This document shows positions 52,629-64,000 of a stretch of DNA of 64,000 nucleotides, in pieces. A program made the translations under genes and the position numbers. The stretch's first letter is position 1, and every line of letters starts with the position of its first letter. The stretch comes from Schmidtea polychroa (Eukaryota), in assembly GCA_044892525.1 (NCBI GenBank), contig CM097885.1:236780001-236844000 (forward strand), read 5' to 3'. The notes under the pieces are model-generated. The model was given only the letters and a program-made list of their open reading frames with translations. It ran no database searches and had not been told where the DNA came from.

Positions 52629-53157
52629 GGCATTGTGCTGTGTAGACTATGACAATTTTGATGAACTGAAAATTCTGAATCTGGTGCATCTTGGAATTTG
52701 TTTTATTGCTGTCACTTGTGTATAATAATTTTCTCCACAGGCAATGATGATTGGTGAATTGACACTGGTCGGAGTGGTGTTGATGAGTTGATGATTGTGA
52801 ATCTGGTACAGCTTGGAATTTATTCTATGTACAACTGATGGTATCAGTTGACGATCTGTCATTTTGTTGTCGGCGTAGAAATCAAAATTAGATTGAATTA
52901 TGTTATTCTCGCCCTATCATCTAGTCGAGTCGTTGGCATTCCGGGGAAAACCAAAAAAAAAATAAATAAATGAAAGGCACAAAGTGCCGTAGTTCAAGTG
53001 GCGCCGAGTGCCCACATAAATCAAATGGGATGAATAAAAAAGTGTAATAAATAAAACTGGCACCAAATGCCAAGAAAAAATCAAAGGCACTGTAGTGCCG
53101 CAAAATTAGAATAAATAAAATGCAGATAAATTTGCAATGAAATTAAATAAAATTTTA

Positions 53158-54797
<1,640 letters not shown>

Positions 54798-54881
54798 GTA
54801 ATGGTGTAAAATATTTTTGTCGGATGTCTCACTTGAATAAAATAAACAGTACAAGCTTTGTGATACCCAGTGCAAATCCCA

Positions 54882-54923
54882 ATAGTAGACTAGTTTCGAG
54901 CTTTTGGCTCTCATCAGTACTAT
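54882..54923 (-). ncRNA. Minimal type I hammerhead ribozyme
   Basis: - strand ATAGTA-CTGATGA-GAGC-CAAAA-GCTC-GAAA-CTAG-TC-TACTAT: intact core, 6-bp stem I, 4-bp stem II, palindromic minimal stem III and a GUC cleavage triplet. Confidence 0.92.
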
Positions 54924-55099
54924 GCAGAAGACACGAAGATTTCTCTTCGCGCCAGGTAAGTATACAATATTGTTGATTCAACTCTATTGCATACTTTCCC
55001 CGGTACACTGGAAATCACATCGCTTGCAAAATAGCTTGATCACAGAAAAAATCTGTAAACTTGTAAACATGGCGTATGAAAAATCATAATCACCTCTGC

Positions 55100-56245
55100 A
55101 GACTAAAAAATTAGTCGATACATCAATATAGAAGCTGCCCTATCATGGCTCAATGGTAATACATAAAAAAACTTTGGAAATAAATCCTTCTTCTCTAAAT
55201 TCAGAAAATCTGTCGACCTCTTAAGACGTAAATATGGAATTTATGTCAAAATTCTCTTCCTAGATAATTTCTACCAGCTGGAAATCAAATACAAAGACAG
55301 AATCAATTATTTCTTCTCTACAAATCTCAACAACTCCTCATCTGAACTCCACTCCATAATAGGTTTAATAGACGCTGAGAAATGGACTACCCTGAGTTGC
55401 AAGGGTCATATTGCTAAATCCATATGCAATAGTAGCACGGCTGACTTCCTGGTTAAAACCGACACTCTTACTGACGCTCAATACTTATTCCTTCTTAGAT
55501 CCAGAAACAATCTTCTAAAACTAAACTTCACACCACATATACTGAAAACTAAAAAAAATATTCTATGTAGGCACTGCAACTCGCACCCAGAAACACAGGC
55601 GCATATCTTTAACCACTGCCCTGCAAAATTAAACGCACGAAGGAACAAGCACACTCGACTACTAGATGCTGTCTGTCAATCACTACTTAATTTCGGCTTT
55701 AAAATTGACATTGAACGTACACCACAGGGACTTGAAACTACACTCATACCTGACCTGCTAATCAGATTATCTAGGAATAAAATTACTCACATCCTAGATA
55801 TCAAGGTGCCCTATGAGCAAAGGGAAAATCTTAAAAAAGCGGATGATGAAAACTACGGAAAATATGCCAACATAGCAATTCAAATTGAAAAATGCCATAA
55901 AGTATAAACTACATTATCAACATTAATAATAGGTACACTGGGCTCTTGGTACAATAAAAATGATCAAGTTCTCAGTAAAATCGGATTATCTAAACCAGAA
56001 ATAAAAAGTCTTGCAAGAAATGCATGCACAGCTGCAGTAATAAGCAGCTACCACATCTTTAAGGAGCATACCCTTAAAGAATAATATATTTTTATATATA
56101 GTATATGTACTCAGAGCATACCCATATCTATTTGAACATTATGGTTATTATAAAGATACCACGATAAAATTCTTAGTTGTTTGTAATTCATGAAATCGCC
56201 TCCGAAAAGGTTGAGATGTATTCTAAATTATATTGACTAATAAAC
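55100..56245 (+). mobile_element. 5'-truncated RLE-type non-LTR retrotransposon (NeSL/Utopia-like) C-terminus plus 3' UTR
   Basis: Frame open 55167-55904, one internal TAA, final stop 56082-56084. Knuckle CRHCNSHPETQAHIFNHC; PDLLI..ILDIKVPYE; IIGTLGSW; AATAAA at ~56239. Absent from the ORF track because no early start codon is in frame. Confidence 0.9.
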
Positions 56246-57215
56246 TACTATATATTTCCACTATTAATATAATATATACCCTCTCTATAAAATAAAGGTC
56301 ATATAAAGTCGTAATCAAAATTATACCCTAATATTTTGCTGTTTGCCTCAATTATAATCTCTTAATTTAAAAAAAAATTAATTAACTGAGAGTTAGATAT
56401 AATAACCCTAACTCTTTAATGCGATATTAATATCAATATATCAAAATTTTTGAAATTAATCCACTTTCCGTGATCAGATCTATCTGAAATTTTGATGTCA
56501 TGCAGTGTTCCCGACAACGAATCTACTTGCCAAATTTCAGTTCAATCGATTGAAAAAGTAGGTTAATTTGACTTCACAAAATTTGCGTGGCACATATAAA
56601 CCTACATCAACGAAGATAATATAGAGTAAAAATAACAATTTCCTGAGAGAAAAAGTAGCCCAGTGTTACCCATAGATTCGGACAACCCGGGCATTTTTCA
56701 TCGGCCCACAGTTTTATAAACACTGTATTGAATAGATTTCGAATGAAAATTTTCAACTGATTATTAAAAAATTAAAAATGACTCATTATGATTTAAATTA
56801 CAAAAAAAATTATAATTAAAGTTAAATATTCCAAATGAAATAAATTACAACAAATAAAATTAAATACATAAAATAATAATAATAGAAAATAATAATTAAT
56901 ATTAATAAAAAAATGACAAATAAATAAAACTAATTAATAAAAACTAATTAAAAATATTTCAAAGTCCCATTAAGATTTATTTAATCAGTATTCATCTGCT
57001 TGAAAGCAATAATATTTATTAGCTACTGTCATTGAATGAGTAGTAAAAAGTTCAAAAAGTACTTCAGATGGCATACATGTTACTGCATTTCAAGTATTAC
57101 CAAGAGTTTAATTTGAAATTTAGTCCATGGCCACCAACTGACCAGTGAATATCTGCTCATCAAATAATTGGAAACTTATTCAACAAATTTATAACGATGA
57201 TAAAATATACAAATT

Positions 57216-57752
57216 TCAAAATTTCCTGTTCATATAACACATTTCACAATTATAATCGGATATCCTATTAATGAAACTGCAACCAAAACATTCCCACTCA
57301 TTTATTTTAGATCCTTTCCTTTGACATTCACTTTCTGTTTTCTGGTGCCAATATTTACATGTGCAATTTCTATTTCCCATGCTACAGTTGTCACATTTCC
57401 ATTCATTCCTAACCTTTACATTCACAGTTTCCATTTCACATTTTCGAACGTCTGAAAAGTATTTCGAAGTCTCGTTTTGTATAGACATTTTTCTACTTGG
57501 CATTTCGTTAATTGATGAGTAACAAACTTGGCATTTAGAGGTGCCCCTATCAATGATGTTATCACAATACTCACATGTTAAAATCCCCATATTCGATAAA
57601 TTCATGATTTTCGGAACTTCATTTTCCTTGATTAGATTTCGATTCTTACAAGAACAATTTCCACAATATAATGAGCTGGATTTATTTTGCACATGACAAT
57701 TGTGACATTTCCACGCGTTTTTGTACTTTGTTTTTTCCATAAATAAATACAT
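57216..57752 (-). CDS. Intronless RanBP2/NZF-type zinc-finger protein (178 aa, 3 intact plus 1 shortened finger)
   Basis: WKCHNCHVQNKSSSLYCGNC and WECFGCSFINRISDYNCEMC; paralog of 44466-44969; TATAAAA at 57778-57784 (-). The true start may be the ATG at 57740. Confidence 0.8.
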   Translation of the reverse strand: MYLFMEKTKYKNAWKCHNCHVQNKSSSLYCGNCSCKNRNLIKENEVPKIMNLSNMGILTCEYCDNIIDRGTSKCQVCYSSINEMPSRKMSIQNETSKYFSDVRKCEMETVNVKVRNEWKCDNCSMGNRNCTCKYWHQKTESECQRKGSKINEWECFGCSFINRISDYNCEMCYMNRKF

Positions 57753-58458
57753 AATAAATTCTGAAACTTCAAATGCTTTTTATATGTATTTTTCTTTAAT
57801 ATTGCGCAATCATCTCATCATATAATAAAAAAGGAAATATTTAATTATACATATTTATCAAAACTCGAAGGCTCTAAACAAACAAAATATATTTTAAGAA
57901 AATTATCCAATTTATTAATCTGATTTCTTAATCTATCTGGGCAGTTATATATGGAAAAAATAATGATGTAATGTTTATGATTCAATGAATTAATAAATTA
58001 ATCTCAATAAATTCGTTGCTGATTGAATGTTAATTGTGGGGAATTGTGATTTAATCGCCAATGCCTCATATAAAAATTTTTCTTACTTATTATTAAAGTT
58101 TTTATAAAATAATAAAAGATTTTAAGTTCCTTTTCACATATTTTATACTCATTAATATGACTCACGCATTTCAGTCGGCTATGTTCTTGAACCCGTAGGC
58201 AGAGATGGTGGAAAGCCTTTCAAATGTTTGTAGCACAACATTAAAGTATAATTAAAATTTTTAAAACCTTCCAAATATAGATTTACTAATACTTGCGATT
58301 TAATATACATTGTTACCATTAGGTTCAATCAAAATGCTTCCATGGTGTTCTTGGTCAATCTTTCTATAAATCAATCTTTCTATTGAATTACCATTTTATT
58401 CAAAAGAGAAACGAGCTTATGTATACTTCTGCAATCTAAAAATCAAACTCTTAAAAAT

Positions 58459-58540
58459 TAATAATAATCATAATAATAATAATAATAACAATAATAATAA
58501 TAGTAATATAATAATAATAATAACAATAATAATAATAGTA

Positions 58541-58613
<73 letters not shown>
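58459..58613. repeat. (AAT)n microsatellite
   Basis: Directly visible. Confidence 0.97.
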
Positions 58614-60214
58614 TTAATAATTTAAATTATAACTCGAAGACAAATTAGAAAATATTTACGGTTACATAATTAACATATTGCAAGGAGAATAGCGGTATAT
58701 TAAAAAATTTAAACTTTGCAATCATTTAATAATAATGCAAAGATGGTAATTAGGAGGAGCTTGTTAAATTTTTGATAACCGAAATAAAGATAAATAATGA
58801 TCTAAAGAAAGTAATATAAAAAATCACGCTTAAAATGGCACTTTCATTTTTTACAACAGCAATGTAGTTTCGGAGGAAGTGAAATCCATGAATTCTTCTT
58901 GTTTGCTCTTGGAGAGCCATAATGAGTGCCAAATGGTGAGTACAAGATATTTTTCAGCAATATATTCCGTTCAGTTTTCCCAAGATGAAAATTGATAAAA
59001 CGACACAAGAATAAGCCTCAAGTTTCATATATAATATCCCATTACTATTCACAAATTTTCAATAATTTTGTTCTACATTTAATAGGAAATCAATTATGTA
59101 TCCTATTAAGTTTCATTTATTATTTAGTAATAGACTAAGACTCTTTTTATTAGACATATTTTTTAATTATATTAATTATTTTAGAAACGCTACTGAGAAT
59201 GAAACATGTAATATTTAAAAAGAATAATAATGAAACTTTCCTTATTTTGAAGTGCATTTCCTCTTAATTGATTGGTTTCGTACACGTTAAGGTAATTCTA
59301 GTTAAAAGCGACTGGAGTATAAAAAAACAAAAAATATAAAATTAACATAAAAGTGAAATTTTGTCAAAAAATACACTTGAAACGGTATATAATATAATAA
59401 ACAGAATGTTAGAGTTGTTGAGCATTTCCAAATTTTAAAATTATTATAATTGTGAAAATAATTCGAACAATTTAGTAAAACAATAAAGAGAACATCATCA
59501 TTGATTACAGAAAAATGAATCTCGAAGAAAATGTTGGAAGGTTAAGAAAAATCAAAGAAAAATCAATTAATTAAAACAAAAAATTAAAAATAAAACGAAA
59601 GTTGAGCACTAACTAATTAATTCAAGTCAACAAATGGGATTGTGGAAAAAAACAAAATTTATTTTCGATATATCTGATAATTTAAAGATATGAATATCGC
59701 AAAAACAAGTATACGATTGGCAGCTGTATAGCGGTAATGTTGCCAATGAGACATCATAAAAAGAGTAAAAATAATACTTTGTTTTCAGACTTTTAATGGA
59801 AAATGTGGAGTGTTGAGGTAATGATAAAATTTCATTAACAAATGTTATCTTTACTGAAGAAGCTGTGCTATGAGCATGCAGTAAAACATACAGATAAGTG
59901 AAAATATAAATGTATTCGTCGAAATTGCAAAATATTCTGTAAGGCAAGGGTGTCCAACCCTTTGATCACTGGGAGCTACATTTCTATTATAAATTTCCTT
60001 GGGATAAACTTCTAATAAGATTCTCATGGACAATTGGTATTTTTTATCATTTGTCAAAGTTTAAATATACCCTGTCGTTACTATGTATATTAAAATGTGA
60101 TGCAATATTATTATTTCTGTCTTAACGTTTTAGGGAGCAATAAAAAACAAAAAATAAAAATCATATAACCTTTTATTGTTTTAAAATAATACAAAAATCT
60201 AAATTAATGAGATA

Positions 60215-60291
60215 TTTGACATTTTGGCATTTTTGACATTTTGGCATTTTTGACATTTTGGCATTTTTGACAATTTGGCTGATAATCACTG
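60215..60291. repeat. 17-bp tandem repeat (TTTGACATTTTGGCATT, ~4 units), possibly a Tc1-like terminus
   Basis: Shares TTTTGACATTTT with the DD34E TIR and ends ..ATAATCACTG; no TA flank. Confidence 0.6.
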
Positions 60292-61749
60292 GATGCAATC
60301 ATCTGTCAATCGTGACCAATATTTAGATTTTATATAATTCATGTGGGAAAATGAAGAAATATGAACTTCCAAAGCACGATGAAATCCGCAAATAAACATC
60401 TATCAAATACGAATATTTAACCGGATTCAATACTTTCCATTTATCATTTTTAAAATTGACGAAAGTAACATAAGTTCAATTAAGGTAAAAACGATGAGGA
60501 ATGGATAATCCACAGCACATCTCCTAAATTCGTTATGATTAGAATATAGAGACTGTTCAGTCACTTGAAGTTGGTGGGGATGAAAAGTTTAATCAACTTT
60601 GATGATTCCTTAAGATATCGTACGACTGCCTTGGAAACTTGAGAGATAATCTGCCCGGAACAAGATTAGATATTATACTTGATGAAAGTAATAATTCAAA
60701 ACCAGGAATAGAAATCGTGTTGATCAAGCAGCTTTAAAACATGATATTACATACCATGCTAAAGATATAAAATCTCGACTAAAAGCTGACATTGATTTAA
60801 TTCAAGACCTTATTGAAATTCAAGATCCAATGTTCAGTGAAAGTTTTTCAAGAGCAATTACAAAAACAACAATGAAAGCAAAGATAGGCGTAGGTGGAGG
60901 ACAAAGTCCAATAGTCGTAGGTGGTCAAATTGATAATGATGATGAATCTGAGGTTGTAGCTAGTGAATTACACAAAGAATATCAAAATAATAAAAATTAT
61001 TTAAAAATTAAATATTTGGTCAGCAGATTTAATTGAAACAGTAAATTCGAAAAATAATGAAAAATAATTGTTTCGTTTTTCGTCACACTCGATTCATTTT
61101 GTCTTCAATTCATACTTCCACGATGTCTTGTGTATTTGATTCTTTCTTCGTTTGTCCTCATCTTCCGATTAAAACGAGAACTACCATTATAAAATATTTT
61201 AATTATGAATAGACAATCCATGTTAAATTATACGTTAATATTAATAATATTTTTTTGTCACTTTTTCCAAGTCCGAGCTCGATGCCACTTCAACAACTTT
61301 GTACTTGGGTGCTTTACTTGATTGATTTCTAATGTCCTAATCGTCTGTCAGCTCTCAGTTTGTGAATTCCTGAGTTTTCACTTAGAGTTCTTTGTTTTAG
61401 TGTTCTTTAAATTGGGTTTTTATTCTGTGTCTCCATTTGATGTACTCTTTTATACATAAATTCTGTGAGTGTTTACTTCGTTGTAACTTCTGGAGTGGTC
61501 TATCACAGTTAAAGTTTCTTTTAACGTCTATAGTGGTTATTGTCAACCACCTACAAATTCTTGGTAATTTTGAAACACCTACAACTTAATAAAATTTTGA
61601 CAAGAAATTTTGTCAAAAATTAAATGTAATCGTTAATAAATTAAAACAAATCATTTTATTTTTTTGATAAATTCATTATAAAAAAATCATTCCTTCTAAA
61701 TCCTTTCGTCAAATCTTTCTCGAGATCTTCCAACGGTTCCCTATTCTGT

Positions 61750-62215
61750 CACTACATTTTCGCCTTAAACCAGTCTCTTTTTGTTTTTCCTCATTATGTG
61801 GTGGATGTTTTTGTAATTTCTGAATTCTTCACGTTTCTCTAATGTTGTGGTACCGCGCTGGATAAACAAAAAAGGTTTTTCAGTTTTTGGCCAACAATAC
61901 TAACCCAAACAAATAAATACTAGTGATTTCGAAAAGGTACATGTATCTACACTATTTCTTTACGAAAAACTCTGATTTGAAGCTTTGTCTGTCTATGAGT
62001 TAGTGCGGTACGAAAAAATGGCCAAACCTATGAAGAACCGTACAATTTCATTCCATAAAATTCATTTAGTTCTTTATAAATTGCATGACAATTCAACAAA
62101 TATCTAACTGTCATACAGAAAATAATAGATACGTTAAAATTTGTGGATAGTTAGGGATCCGATTTGTTTCTTAAAAATATATTACCCTGATGTACTGCGA
62201 AACGACACTTGGATT
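61750..62215 (-). mobile_element. Possible decayed Helitron/Helentron RepHel segment
   Basis: Short peptides CRF..G.IFL, GMKLYGSS and YPAR in plausible order; weak. Confidence 0.25.
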
Positions 62216-63414
62216 AAAAAACGGCTCTTTGACCTAAATCAAAGGAAAAATTAAAATAAATAATAAAAAGTGTTTTAAATAATTCAATTCCTTATTAAAC
62301 TATAACATAAGTTACAAAAGTTTCTCTCTGTAAATGTTATTAGGATTTTGTCTTAAAAACAAATTGGTATAAAATAATATTATTTTATTTATAAGTTTTT
62401 ACAATATGGTAATATTAGTTGTGCTCTAAAATATATTTATTTTGGAAACAAAAAATTCTTACTTGTGCTCTAACAGGATTAAAAAGATCACGTAATTATT
62501 TTAATAGAGCTTTTGTTTAAAATGAGCTATAATTTTAATTAGATGAGATCCTAAAATAGATAATCGAAAGCTTAAATAAATTAAATGAAATCTTAAAATT
62601 ATTAATCTTAATACTAAATTAATTTTTTAATATATTTTATAGCTCACTTTTATTTATTTAAGATCACAGGTAATATTACAGCACAACTTAGAAATTTTAG
62701 AGCACACTCAATAGCCATCCTTTACAATATATAATTTATTTGTTTTAATGTCACTATTTTATAGTTTTTTTTTAATATAATGACAATATCATTGAAAATA
62801 TCGCCGTTAAAAGTTAAAAAACTTTAAAAGAAAAGATAATGATGATTATTACATTAATAATGTATTTTATGAAGGAAAATCTAAGACACAAATTCGCCAG
62901 AATTATAAAAAAACCTCAGTTCGACTGTAAATGATATTTGAAAGTCTATTACAGACTCGTAATGATGGATACCACTTAAAATGGTTGGAATGTCAGTCCG
63001 AATCAGATTACAAAATTTTATTAAATTTTCGGGGCTAATATGATTAAACAGCTAGAATAACGCCGGATAATTTAAGTTAACAAATACAATGTTTCGATTC
63101 TCAACCGGTTTTATTTAAAAGGCTTACTACTTTCATTTAAATTATATTTTATCAAATTATTTCATGTAATGTAAAATTGATATTTTTTAAAAATAAACAA
63201 AAATTTTTCATTTTATTTTCATTTTATTAATTACTGACACTGTACTCTTCTTGCCACAAAAATTAATGTTCATGTTTATTTAGAGCATGATATAACAATT
63301 ATTAAAATTAATTAATTAAAATGTTGAAAAGCAAGTTCAAGATTTCCATTAATTTTAATTGTCTTTGATGTATTTTTGTTTTGTATAATAATTTTGTATT
63401 CAATATTAATTAGA

Positions 63415-64000
63415 GTAAGTAGAAGGTAGTTAGTAGCCCCCGCAGCAAGGGGGGTCCCCCAAGGGGGGCTAAACGTTTTTTTGATTACGCAATTGCTGCG
63501 GGGAGCCACTCATATTTTTTTCAATACAAATAGGTAAGGCCTATAGAAAAAAGGCCAAGATTTCTCTGACCATAGTGAGGGGGTCTCCTTGGTCCTTAGA
63601 TTTTCAATACAAAATCCGACTATCACTAAAAAAGCATGGTAATTTAAGGTCTCAGGATATTTTCAATAGAAAAAGGTGGTCTTCAATAAAAAAGCATGGT
63701 AAATTTTTGAATTACAGTAAATTAAGGTCTCGAATTTAAAATTAAAGTAAATTATGGGTCTAAAAATTTAATTACAGTAAATTATGGTTAAAATTTTTGA
63801 AATAAAGTAAATTATGGGTTAAATAAGTTAAATAAGGTTCAAATTTTAAAATTAAAGTAAATTATGGTCTAAAATTTTAAATTAAAGTAATCAATTGGTT
63901 AAATAAGTAAATTAAAGTTCAGATTTATTTGAATTAAATTAAAGTTCAGATTTATTTGAATTAAATTAAAGTTCAAATTTTTCAATTAAAGCAAATTAAG
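63415..64000 (+). repeat. GC-rich hairpin followed by degenerate ~30-bp tandem array running off the window; candidate large-element terminus
   Basis: CCCCGCAGCAA (63438-63448) / TTGCTGCGGGG (63493-63503); AGT-rich start; repeats of AAATTAAAGTAAATTATGG. Confidence 0.5.

Noticed and set aside
54800..54963. Full U1 snRNA gene
   Set aside because: Only the first ~15 nt match; no GATCACGAAG loop I and no Sm site at the expected position.
58160..59210. Exon-like segments on both strands (e.g. + 58860-58935 with a GTGAGT donor)
   Set aside because: Neighbouring candidate exons hit stops or lack an AG acceptor; no homology recognised.
59945..59985. Charlie/Buster-like left end CAAGGGTGTCCAACC
   Set aside because: No partner TIR or TSD, so the element cannot be delimited.
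62185..62210. CTGATGT..GAAAC hammerhead-like motif
   Set aside because: Core mismatch and no stem II.

Overview
Very AT-rich eukaryotic DNA with short (40-52 bp) spliceosomal introns and many transposon remnants. It is probably a freshwater planarian (triclad flatworm), inferred from a 42-nt match to the planarian spliced leader as I recall it. Host genes: a 7-exon PRPF4 (U4/U6 snRNP WD40 protein, about 458 aa, + strand, 37097-44139); two intronless paralogous RanBP2/NZF zinc-finger genes (- strand); and a speculative small - strand gene with two 9-nt microexons. Mobile DNA: a near-intact DD34E IS630-Tc1-mariner element (50-bp TIRs, one frameshift, and an empty-site homolog in the same window); a TA-flanked TIR family that nests in and abuts its own copies; hAT/Buster and piggyBac MITEs with clean TSDs; degraded hAT, pogo, Chapaev3, Helitron, Gypsy and RLE-LINE coding remnants; and an LTR flanked by both a PPT and a tRNA-Trp PBS. 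The most notable non-coding signals are a minimal type I hammerhead ribozyme (54882-54923, -), preceded by a U1-snRNA-like 5' end and followed by a 1.6-kb structured (AAT)n array, and a spliced-leader-headed putative retrocopy (25703 onward). All family assignments come from motif recognition by eye; no database search was run.
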